A program made the position numbers and the translations under genes. The notes under the pieces are model-generated. The model saw only the letters and a list, made by a program, of their open reading frames with translations, was not told the origin of the DNA and ran no database searches. Positions 19,490-27,982 of a DNA stretch of 64,000 nucleotides are shown here, in pieces; position 1 is the first letter of the stretch, and each line of letters opens with the position of its first letter. The stretch lies in contig CAVZVA010000010.1 in assembly GCA_963778655.1 (NCBI GenBank), positions 1,280,001-1,344,000 on the forward strand, written 5' to 3'. This DNA is from an uncultured delta proteobacterium (GTDB lineage: Bacteria > Myxococcota_A > Polyangia > Polyangiales > JAFGIB01).

Positions 19490-21709
19490 TCACCTGTAGG
19501 AGATCTTGCCCTTCAGCATCAGCATGGGCCCCGCCTTGGCTCCGAACTTCGAGCCGTCGAGCTCGAGCTTGCCGTCCTTGAGCGTCAGCTTGGTGCCGCC
19601 GCCTTCGATCTGCGCGCCGTCCGGCGCGTCCACCGACACCTGCTTGCCAGATACCGCGTAGTTGCCCTTGACCTTTTCGACCAGCGCACCGCCGATCTTC
19701 ATGCCGAGCAGGCCCTTGGCCTTGAGCGCGAGCCCGCCCTTGCTCTGGTACGAGGTGGCGCCGGCCGTCAGCAGCTTGGCCTTGCCCGCCGACTCGCCGA
19801 ACGCCCCGGTGGCCTTGATCAGGTAAGCGCCACCGATTGCGAGCTGCTTGTTGCCCGCCACCGCCTCGCTCACGGTCTCCGCCGCGGTCAGCGCGAGCGC
19901 GGCGCCCACGCTCTGCTTGTGGTTGGCCCCGAAGCTCTCGGCCATCGACACCGCGCGCACAGTCTGGCTCGCGGCGATGGTCTCGCTGCGATCGCCGTTG
20001 ACGTGGGTCGAGTAGGTGGCCTTGACGCTCAGATCGTCGAGCGCGCCGATCGAGATCGTCTTGTCCGCTCCGGTCTGCGACGCGTCGTTGCCCTGTACCG
20101 TCAGCTGCTGATTGCCGCCGATCGAAACCGTCTCGTCGATGCCGATGATACAGTCGAGCGTGGCGCCGTAGCTCTCTTCGAGGTTGAGCGCGATCGTCTC
20201 GTGGCTGTCGTTGCCCACGCCGAGCACCATGTCGCGCTGGGCGTGCAGCGCGAAACCCTGTGCACCGCTGGCGTCCTGCAGGCGCAGCTCGTTGGTGCCG
20301 CCTCCGCCCGGCGATGAGGCCGACTGCAGCGCCGCCTGCGAGAGATTCGCCGGCAGCGGGTACGGCGGCATGGTTTCGCGGTTGTAGAGCTTCTGCAGCA
20401 CCAGCGGGCGATCAGGGTCGCCGTCGATGAAGCCGACTGCGACCTCCCAGCCGATCCGCGGCAGTAGCATGCTGCCGCTCAGGTTCTGCTGCTGCACGCG
20501 CACCCAGCAGCTCGCGGTGTCGTCGACCGGGTCCTCGCGATCCCAGTGCATGTGCAGCTTGACGCGCCCCCACTCGTCGACGTGGATCTCCTCGCCGGCG
20601 CTGGTGATCACCGCGCTTTCGACGCCGAAGACCTTGGGCTTGGGCAGCGGCAGCGGGCGGTAGATGACGTCGTCGTGCGTGGCGCGGAAACGGGTGGACA
20701 AAGCGAGATCGCGCTCGTCGGCGGTGGCTTCCGCGCCGCGCTCCTCGTACAGGTGCACGCACTGCAGCAGCAGAAAGCCGCGGTTCAAGAAGCCCGGGCG
20801 CGCGCCGTCGAGCGTGAACAGCTTGCCCGGCGCGAAGCCGAGGTGATTGCTACGCCCGGTCAGCAGGTACTTTTGCAGCGCCTGCGCGCGCAGCCGGTCG
20901 TCGGTGTGACGCCCGCCGTCCACCGGATCGACGAAGCCGCCCGGGTACTCGTAGAACGAGAGCCCGAGCGTGCCGGCGTCGCTCTGCGCCGCCTCCACCG
21001 GCTCGGCCGGGCTCATGAAGTCCCAGTCGCGCATCAGGTAGGCGTCGTGCGTCAGCTCGCTGCGAAAGCGCAGCTCGGTGGCCAGCTCGCGGCTGGCCGC
21101 ACGCGTGTGGTCCGCGTACAGCACCTCGGGCTCGACCGGCAGGTGCGCGTCCGCGCGGTCGTCGAAGCACATGCGGTGGCCGAGCTCGTCGTGCTCGAAG
21201 TAGAAGAAGATCCCCTCCTCGGCCAGCAGCCGCAGCACGAAAGCGAGCTCGCTCTCCTTGTATTGCGTACAGTACTCGCGCACCGGGTAGGTGGGGTGCT
21301 CGGTGCGCCACTCGAACGCCTCGTCGGGCAGCCCGGCGCCCTGCAGCACCTCGCTGACGATCGCCTTGACGTCTTTGTCCTGGAAGATGCGGCTGCGCAC
21401 GCGGTACGCAAGCGCGTGGATCTGCGGCTGCAGGCGTAGCCGGTAGTGGTAGACGCCGTGGCGATACTCGCCCAGGTAGCCCGCCTGCTCGATCACGCCG
21501 TGAAACACCCGCGCCACCTGGTCGTCATCAAACAGCCGCAGCGCCGCGGGCGTGAACAGCAGATCCTGCAGCTCGAGCTCGGCATCGGGCGCCTCCAGCA
21601 GTACCTCGGCCACGAACAGAGTAGAGAGCGCCTCGCGCCACTCGAAACGCACCACCCGCAGATCGAGGCCCGGGCCTTCGAGCGTGATCTGGCAGCGCAG
21701 CTTCCCCAC
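19490..21709 (-). CDS. vgrG: T6SS spike protein VgrG (copy 1)
   Basis: REYCTQYKESELAFVLRLLAEEGI, GRVKLHMHWDR, SCWVRV, LPRIGWEVAVGFIDGDPDRP; GTG start 2 nt after the upstream stop. Confidence 0.93.
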   Translation of the reverse strand: MGKLRCQITLEGPGLDLRVVRFEWREALSTLFVAEVLLEAPDAELELQDLLFTPAALRLFDDDQVARVFHGVIEQAGYLGEYRHGVYHYRLRLQPQIHALAYRVRSRIFQDKDVKAIVSEVLQGAGLPDEAFEWRTEHPTYPVREYCTQYKESELAFVLRLLAEEGIFFYFEHDELGHRMCFDDRADAHLPVEPEVLYADHTRAASRELATELRFRSELTHDAYLMRDWDFMSPAEPVEAAQSDAGTLGLSFYEYPGGFVDPVDGGRHTDDRLRAQALQKYLLTGRSNHLGFAPGKLFTLDGARPGFLNRGFLLLQCVHLYEERGAEATADERDLALSTRFRATHDDVIYRPLPLPKPKVFGVESAVITSAGEEIHVDEWGRVKLHMHWDREDPVDDTASCWVRVQQQNLSGSMLLPRIGWEVAVGFIDGDPDRPLVLQKLYNRETMPPYPLPANLSQAALQSASSPGGGGTNELRLQDASGAQGFALHAQRDMVLGVGNDSHETIALNLEESYGATLDCIIGIDETVSIGGNQQLTVQGNDASQTGADKTISIGALDDLSVKATYSTHVNGDRSETIAASQTVRAVSMAESFGANHKQSVGAALALTAAETVSEAVAGNKQLAIGGAYLIKATGAFGESAGKAKLLTAGATSYQSKGGLALKAKGLLGMKIGGALVEKVKGNYAVSGKQVSVDAPDGAQIEGGGTKLTLKDGKLELDGSKFGAKAGPMLMLKGKISYR

Positions 21710-21711
21710 CT

Positions 21712-22815
21712 TCAGCCTTCCCCTTCCGTCTTGGACGCTAGTACGGCGCCGCGGTCTTGGCCAATGCTGCTGGCCAGCAATAGGCAGCTTTCGCTCTCCG
21801 GATCGCCCCGGGTAAAGCCCTCGGCCGCGAGCGCCAGCGCGGTCGGCACGGTGGCGGCGCCCAGGTCGCCCATCGCCATCGGCAAGAACTCCAGCGCGAT
21901 CTCGCCCGGGACCACGTTGCGCACGATACGCGGAAACGCCAGCTGGAATTCGTGCGCGCGGTAGTCCTCGTTGGTCACGTCGCCGAGGATCCAGCCCAGG
22001 CTGCGGCGTTCCTCCCGCAGCCGGTCCGCGGCCGGCAGCGCGGTCGCGCTCAGGCCCTGGCCCATGCAGGGCGCGCGCGAGCCCATGCTGCGGGGCTCCT
22101 CGCCCGCCGAGATCGTTTGCAGCCGGCACAAGCGCGGCAGCCCGTGCGCGCGCAGCTGGCGGCTGGTCGCCAGCAGGGCGAAGCTCGCGCCCTCGCCGGG
22201 TACGATCGCGTCGAGTTGGTCGGCGCAGAGCACGCGCCGGTCCAGGATCAGGGCCTGCATCACCTCCGGGTCGTAGTAGCTGTCGACCCCGCCCACGAGC
22301 GCGAGGTCGATCTGGCCGGCCTCAAGCCGCAGCGCTGCCCACAGCAGCGCGAGCGCGCCGCCTGCGTGGCCGCTCGGCACCACCGCGACCGTCGGCTCCA
22401 GCCCGTGCTCGACGCAGCGCGCATGCGCGTGCGTCTCGAGCTGCCGGCGCTCGAGCGCGAAGCGTCGCTGCGCATGACGGCCGTCCATGCGCTCGGGCAG
22501 GCTCAGCGCGAGCCCCACGCGCGCGCCTCTGCCGAACGCCCCGTCCACCGTCTGCAGCAGCGGCGCCAGCGCGCGCTCGAGCAGCACCAGCATGCGCACG
22601 CCGCCGAAGCAGGTAGGCGCCAGCGTGGGCACGAAGGCCATGGTCGCCCGCTGCCCGCCGGGCAGCCGGAACGGCGACTCGCCGTAGCCGGTCAGCTCGG
22701 CACGGCGGCAGGCCCAGGTCTCGTACGCACAGAAGCCGAGCGCGTTGATCGCGGACAGCGCCCCGACACAGAGCTCCGCCCCGTGGCGGCCGCCGAGCTG
22801 CCTGTGCTGCTTCAC
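21712..22815 (-). CDS. Thiolase/ketoacyl-synthase-like T6SS-associated protein (PRK06147-like)
   Basis: ALVGGVDSY, PGEGASF, GDLGAA; overlaps the DUF2169 stop. Confidence 0.82.
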   Translation of the reverse strand: MKQHRQLGGRHGAELCVGALSAINALGFCAYETWACRRAELTGYGESPFRLPGGQRATMAFVPTLAPTCFGGVRMLVLLERALAPLLQTVDGAFGRGARVGLALSLPERMDGRHAQRRFALERRQLETHAHARCVEHGLEPTVAVVPSGHAGGALALLWAALRLEAGQIDLALVGGVDSYYDPEVMQALILDRRVLCADQLDAIVPGEGASFALLATSRQLRAHGLPRLCRLQTISAGEEPRSMGSRAPCMGQGLSATALPAADRLREERRSLGWILGDVTNEDYRAHEFQLAFPRIVRNVVPGEIALEFLPMAMGDLGAATVPTALALAAEGFTRGDPESESCLLLASSIGQDRGAVLASKTEGEG

Positions 22816-23831
22816 GCCAGCACCTCGCGTTCGTGGACCTGCACCGCGCGCAGCTCATGGGCGCGGCCCACCACAGGAACGCTCGCGCGCCACACCAGCT
22901 CGAACGCCAAGTCGTTGGGCTCGAGGATCAGCGTGTCGAGCGCCGTCCGGTACTCGGTCAGTCCCTCCTCGGTCAGCCCGCCCACGAAGAACGACAGCCG
23001 CGGCAGCACGAAGCGCAGCGCGCCCTGCTCGCACAAGTTGAGCAGGCTCACCTCCTCGCCGCCGCGCAGGTAAGCCGGGTAGATCAGCTCGGACGGCGCG
23101 ATCTGGTTATGGCGGTCGTCGAAGTCGAGCGGTGGTAGCGGCATGCGCTCGCGCATCCAGCTCTCGTCGTGGGTGCCGGCATAGGCCTTGCGCGGCGCCC
23201 AGTGGTGCATGATCGGCGCAAGCCCCGCGGGCGGCGGGCGGCTCTTGTCGCTGGTGATCAGCCGGGCTGGATCCTCGATGTTCGGCAGCGGCTTGTGTAC
23301 CAGCGTGGCCGGGTCGGCCGCGATCCCCACCCCGACTGGGTTGCGCGGCTCCTCTAGCAGCTTGGCGCCCGACGCGTCGCGCCCCCCGAACGCCAGCTCC
23401 CACTTCAGCGGCACGCTCGTAAACGGCGCGGGCTTGGTCGGTACCAGTCCGAGCCCGCCCTTGTACCAGACCCGGGGCCCGATCACGCGCAGCGCGCGCT
23501 CGAGCGCGCCCACCCGCACCAGCACGTCGAGCTCGGTGTGCGGCTGCTTGTCCCGCGCCATGGCCTCGCCGGAGACCACGATGTCGGTCGCCGGCTTGCG
23601 CAGGCACAGGTCGCTGCTGTGCTTGAGCGAGCTGGCTTCGGGCTTGCCCTCGTCCCACAGCTCGTCGGCGGGGCGGACCTCCGCGCCCGACACGCGCGTC
23701 ACCACGCCCTTCACGGTGACCGCAAAGCGCTGCTTGATCACCACCAGCACCTGCACGCTGCCGTCGCGCTCCAGGGCGTGGCTGGTGTGCACGGTGGCGT
23801 CGGTGTCCTGGCGCAGCGGGGGCAAGTCCAT
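22812..23831 (-). CDS. DUF2169 T6SS adaptor/chaperone
   Basis: KPATDIVVSG, RVIGPRVW, VPLKWELAFGG, NPVGVG, LPNIEDP, W.PR..YAGT, LDTLILEP. Confidence 0.92.
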   Translation of the reverse strand: MDLPPLRQDTDATVHTSHALERDGSVQVLVVIKQRFAVTVKGVVTRVSGAEVRPADELWDEGKPEASSLKHSSDLCLRKPATDIVVSGEAMARDKQPHTELDVLVRVGALERALRVIGPRVWYKGGLGLVPTKPAPFTSVPLKWELAFGGRDASGAKLLEEPRNPVGVGIAADPATLVHKPLPNIEDPARLITSDKSRPPPAGLAPIMHHWAPRKAYAGTHDESWMRERMPLPPLDFDDRHNQIAPSELIYPAYLRGGEEVSLLNLCEQGALRFVLPRLSFFVGGLTEEGLTEYRTALDTLILEPNDLAFELVWRASVPVVGRAHELRAVQVHEREVLA

Positions 23832-25807
23832 CACGCCCTCAACCGGGTTTGCCAGGGGTCGCGCGCGAGCGGCAGCCGCGACACCTCGGCGCTGAGCGCG
23901 CGCAGCGCCTGCGTCTGCGCCAGCACGAAGGCGGCGGTGTCGAGCGGCGCGCTCACGCCGAAGCGCACGCGCAGCTCGAGGTAGGCCCGCTCGCGATCGT
24001 AGCGCACCGCCCCGGCCTCTGCGATCTCCCATAGGTCGTGGACCGCGACGAACGGCCGGCCGTAGCGATAGCGCTGATCCTGCTGCGCGCGCGGCTGCTG
24101 GCGCTCGACGTAGCTTCGCCACGCTTCGGCGTCGAGCGAGCTTTCGTGCACGCGCCGCGGCTCGCGGTACCCGGGCAGGAAGGCTTGCGCCTCGGGTCCG
24201 GCCTCGAGGTCGGGCGCGGGCTCCGCCTCGGTCAGGCCGCCGCCGGTGATGCGCTGCAGCGCTTCGGCCGCAGCCAGCTTGCGTGTCTCGTCCTCGCCTT
24301 CGAGCGCGGCAAGCAGCGGCGCCAGCAGCGACGGGTCTCCGAACCAGCCGCACGCCTCCGCGCCGCACGCGCTCCCATCCTTGGCGATCAGCTCGAGCTC
24401 GCCGCGGCCCCCGCACAGCGAGAGCAGCATCACCGCCTCGCCGTGCGCGCCGCGGCCCTGCGCCGTCAGCTCGCGCGCACGCAAGAGCGCGCGCGGATCG
24501 CCGCGCAGCGCCGCGCCGTGCAGGCCATGGCGCGCGACCTCGTGATCCTCGTGGTGCAGCAGGCGGTAGACCGCGGCCGACTCGACCGGCCCCGCCACCC
24601 TGCCGAGCGCGCGTGCGGCCGCGCGTGCCACCCGCGGATCGTCGTCCGCGCACGCGGGCCCGAGCGCTTCGCCCTGCAGCAGGCCCTTGCGCGCGAGCAG
24701 CTCCAGCCCGAGCGCCCGCCGTGCGGGCTCGGCGTGTTGCAGCATGCCGCCAGCCAGTGCCGCGATGCCCGGATGCGGCGCGAGCGAGAGCGCGTCGGCC
24801 GCCGCGGTCCACAGGTCGGCGTCGTCCAGATCGCTGACCTGCAGCAGCCGCGCGATCTGATCGCGCGTGTCGTCGCCGCGCAGCGAGCCGAGCACGAACA
24901 GCAGCGAAAGCAGCAGCTCCGGGTCGGGCAGGGGGCGATCCTCGAGCAGCTTGATCAGCTCGGGCAGGCGCTCTAGGCCGGAGGCCACGATCGCGTCGAG
25001 CCGGCACAGCACGCGCCGCTCGCACTCGCGGTTGCTGCTCCAGGCGTCGTGGTCGTCGGGCCGCCGCATCGCGGCCAGCATGCCGAGCTCCTCGAGCGCG
25101 ATGCGCGCGCGCGAGAAGCGCAGCGCGTGCTCCTGCTCCTGATCGCCGAAGCGCAGCGCCTCGAGCTGCTCGGGCGTAAGCGGCGGGGGCGGCTCAGGTG
25201 CGTCCTGTTGCGCCGGCGGCTCGGGCTCGCGCTCGGCCGCAGCCGAGCTGGCAACCGCCTGCGCCATCAACGCCTCGAGCTGCGCGAGCGAGACCTTCGG
25301 CGCCTCCGGCAGCGCGCTCGGGGCCTCGGGCAGCGGCTCCTCGGGCTCCTCGAGCTCGGGCATGGGCAGCGTTGGCCGCAGGATCGGGCGCGGCGGATCG
25401 AGCAGCCTGGGCAGCCCGACGCTGGCGGTCAGCGGCGCGCGGGCCTGGGCGCTCGGCAGCAGCAGCGGCTCCACGCCCGCGCGAAAGCGGCTGGCTTGCA
25501 GCGCTGCGAGCGCGCGCTCGGTGTCGCGCGTGCAGGCCACCACGCCGGGGTCTTCGCTCGCGCAGGCACGCAGCTGCTGCAGCGCGGCTTCGGTCTGCTC
25601 GCCGGCCTCGGCGCGCGCGCGCGCGAACGCCTCGGCGTCGCCGCCCTCGCCCAGGGCTGCGTAGCAGCGCTCGAGCGCGCCCGCCAGGCTGTGCTCGACC
25701 GGCCGCAGCGGCAGCGCTCCGTCCTCGACCCGGCACAGCGCGCAGTACGCCGCGTCGAGCGCTGCACGCGCGGCGGCCACTTCGGTATGCGTGCTCGGCT
25801 CTGACAC
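23831..25807 (-). CDS. TIGR02270-like HEAT-repeat protein with N-terminal extension
   Basis: ECERRVLCRLDAI, helical repeats, AAEALQRITG, RYRYGRPF; TGATG overlap with DUF2169. Confidence 0.7.
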   Translation of the reverse strand: MSEPSTHTEVAAARAALDAAYCALCRVEDGALPLRPVEHSLAGALERCYAALGEGGDAEAFARARAEAGEQTEAALQQLRACASEDPGVVACTRDTERALAALQASRFRAGVEPLLLPSAQARAPLTASVGLPRLLDPPRPILRPTLPMPELEEPEEPLPEAPSALPEAPKVSLAQLEALMAQAVASSAAAEREPEPPAQQDAPEPPPPLTPEQLEALRFGDQEQEHALRFSRARIALEELGMLAAMRRPDDHDAWSSNRECERRVLCRLDAIVASGLERLPELIKLLEDRPLPDPELLLSLLFVLGSLRGDDTRDQIARLLQVSDLDDADLWTAAADALSLAPHPGIAALAGGMLQHAEPARRALGLELLARKGLLQGEALGPACADDDPRVARAAARALGRVAGPVESAAVYRLLHHEDHEVARHGLHGAALRGDPRALLRARELTAQGRGAHGEAVMLLSLCGGRGELELIAKDGSACGAEACGWFGDPSLLAPLLAALEGEDETRKLAAAEALQRITGGGLTEAEPAPDLEAGPEAQAFLPGYREPRRVHESSLDAEAWRSYVERQQPRAQQDQRYRYGRPFVAVHDLWEIAEAGAVRYDRERAYLELRVRFGVSAPLDTAAFVLAQTQALRALSAEVSRLPLARDPWQTRLRA

Positions 25808-25823
25808 GTTGCGGACACCGGGC

Positions 25824-26651
25824 TCACCGGCCGGAGAACGGGGCGAAGGGATTGTCGGGCGCGGGCCCGCTGGGCGTTGCGGGTGCGGGCGGCGGCTCGC
25901 GCGGGGGAATCAGGAAACCGAAGCCCACCACCAGCGCGAGCTGATAGCTCTCGACCGCGTCGAGCGTGCCGGTGTGCAGCATCATGTCCTGCTTGACGCG
26001 GTCGTCGTAGGCGCCCTTGCCCAGCACGTTGAAGGCGAAGCGCAGCGCGATCGGGATCTGGAAGCGCAGCGTGTAGAAGCTGCAGCCCAGCTCGAGCGCC
26101 ACCGCCGCGCCCAGCCCGGCCTTGGCGCGGTTGAAGTAGTCGAGCGCGATCTGGGCGGTCGCGTCCGCCAGCGTGGTGCGGTTGTCCGTCACCGTGTTGC
26201 GGGCCGAGGAGCCGAGGCCGACGATCAGCTCGGGGCCGAGCCCGGCGTTGAGCTCGAAGCTGTCGCTGGTCTGCAGGAACAGCTTGGCCAGCAGCGGTGC
26301 GCGCAGCTGGCCGAAGCTCGCGCGCTGCTTGAAGTCGACGTCGTTCTGGCTGGCCTTGAAGAACAGCCGGTTGCTCTCGATCAGCAGGTCGAGCTCAACC
26401 CCGAGCAGCTTGGAGGCGTGCAGCTCGCCGTATAGCCCGGCGCCGCCACCCAGGCCCATGCTGCTGTCGAGCCACGGCGCGGTCATCGTCGGCGGTGAGC
26501 TGGCCGAGAGCTGGCCGCCGAGATCGAGCGCGCCCTTGACGCCGATGCGCAGGTCGATGTCCGCGCGCGCCGGTGCGCGCGTGCTCGCGCACAGCAGCGC
26601 GAGCACGAACAGCGCGCGCGACAGACCCGGCCCTGGAGTCGCGGCGCCCAT
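25824..26651 (-). CDS. Exported outer-membrane beta-barrel protein
   Basis: Signal peptide (ALFVLALLCASTRAPARA); alternating beta-strands (IGVKGAL, GLYGEL, LRAPLLAK, YQLALVVGFGF); Pro-rich tail. Confidence 0.7.
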   Translation of the reverse strand: MGAATPGPGLSRALFVLALLCASTRAPARADIDLRIGVKGALDLGGQLSASSPPTMTAPWLDSSMGLGGGAGLYGELHASKLLGVELDLLIESNRLFFKASQNDVDFKQRASFGQLRAPLLAKLFLQTSDSFELNAGLGPELIVGLGSSARNTVTDNRTTLADATAQIALDYFNRAKAGLGAAVALELGCSFYTLRFQIPIALRFAFNVLGKGAYDDRVKQDMMLHTGTLDAVESYQLALVVGFGFLIPPREPPPAPATPSGPAPDNPFAPFSGR

Positions 26652-27982
26652 CAGTCGACTCCCAGCGCGGTGAGCAGCTCGGCGGCATCGGCCAGCGCGG
26701 CGTCGAGCGCCCGGCTGGCCGGGTCGAGCGCCTTGCCCACTTTGGCGGCCTCGGCCTGGGCGCAGGCGAGCCCGGCGCGCGTTTGGTTGTCGAGGTCGTC
26801 GGCCTTGGCCTCCGCGCGCAGCGAGTCCTTGACTGCGGAGGTGGCGTCGGCCGCGAGCGACTCGCCGGCGTTCTTGATCAGCTTGGCACGCGCCACGTCG
26901 CTGATCAGCGCGGGCAGGCGCGCCTGCAGCATGCGCAGGGCGTCGAGATAGCGGCGCTGATCGGCCGAAGGGCTCGCCTCTGAGAGCGCGTAGTGCACGC
27001 GCACCCACGGCAGGTCGCACTGCGCCAGGTAGCGCGCCTGGGCCGCAGCCGCCGCCCGGCACTCGGCGTTGCCCATGGGCGCGCTGAACACGCCGGCGCA
27101 GCTGCCCGGGCAGTCGAAGTCCTTGCCCGCGTTGGGCTGGCAACGCACCTCGACCGGCGAGTCGCAGCTCATCGGATCCGATCGCGTGCAGGTCCCGGCG
27201 CAGGTTCCGCGGCAGGCGGAGCGCTCGATCGCGTGCGCGCACGACCCGCTGCAGGTGCCGGCGCACTGGCCCGCGCACTCCAACCCGCCGTTGCCGTCCT
27301 GCGCGAAGCGATCGCAGGTGCCGCTGCACTGGCCGAGGCAGATGCCGTCGCAGGTGCCGGTGGCGTCGGGGGTCTCGGTGCAGGTGCCGCTGCACAGGTC
27401 GGTCCCGCAGTCCTCCCGGGCCGCGGTGGTGGTGCACTCGAGCTTGGCCAGCCGCCCGCACATCGCGCTGGCGTCGACGCGGCAGGGTCCAGAGCAGGAG
27501 ATGGTCATGGCCGCGGCGAGCGCGGGATCGCACTGGCTCTGCAGCGCGATCAGGCGCTGGCTGTCGACCCAGCACAGCGCCTGCGATGCGACCAGCTTGG
27601 GCCCGGCCGCGAGCAGGCTGCTGCCCAGGCGCTTGAGCTCGGCGCCGAGCGCGGTGTTCTTGCCGATGCCGAAGTCGGCGCGCACGCCGGCCAGCTCGGC
27701 TTCGATCGCGGCGCCGGTGTGCGCGGCCGTGGTCTGATACGCGACCACCGCCTCGAAGAAGGCGTCGGCCGCGGGCACGCCGCTGATCGCGGCATTGCCC
27801 TCGGCGACGCCGCGCTTGGGGCAGGCGAAGCCGCACAGCGGGTTGTCGGCCGGAGCCGGGACCTTGTCGCCGGCGCACGCGCACAGCGCGGCGCTCGCGA
27901 AGCCGAGCGCGATCCATGTGGCGCGCATGCGTGCGCACGCGCGCGGCAGCGCCTGGCACAGCTCAAGGGCGCGCAGGCTCAT
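26651..27982 (-). CDS. Cys-rich lipoprotein, paralog B
   Basis: Lipobox LCAC; LCGFACP..G...GNA.ISGV...DAFF shared with the upstream paralog; CxGxC ladder; start may instead be 27928. Confidence 0.8.
   Translation of the reverse strand: MSLRALELCQALPRACARMRATWIALGFASAALCACAGDKVPAPADNPLCGFACPKRGVAEGNAAISGVPAADAFFEAVVAYQTTAAHTGAAIEAELAGVRADFGIGKNTALGAELKRLGSSLLAAGPKLVASQALCWVDSQRLIALQSQCDPALAAAMTISCSGPCRVDASAMCGRLAKLECTTTAAREDCGTDLCSGTCTETPDATGTCDGICLGQCSGTCDRFAQDGNGGLECAGQCAGTCSGSCAHAIERSACRGTCAGTCTRSDPMSCDSPVEVRCQPNAGKDFDCPGSCAGVFSAPMGNAECRAAAAAQARYLAQCDLPWVRVHYALSEASPSADQRRYLDALRMLQARLPALISDVARAKLIKNAGESLAADATSAVKDSLRAEAKADDLDNQTRAGLACAQAEAAKVGKALDPASRALDAALADAAELLTALGVD

Noticed and set aside
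13640..25807. Spike cluster as an extracellular contractile injection system or tailocin
   Set aside because: The sheath is TssB/TssC type, TssK/L/M/A are present, and no Afp-like tube, baseplate or ATPase genes were seen
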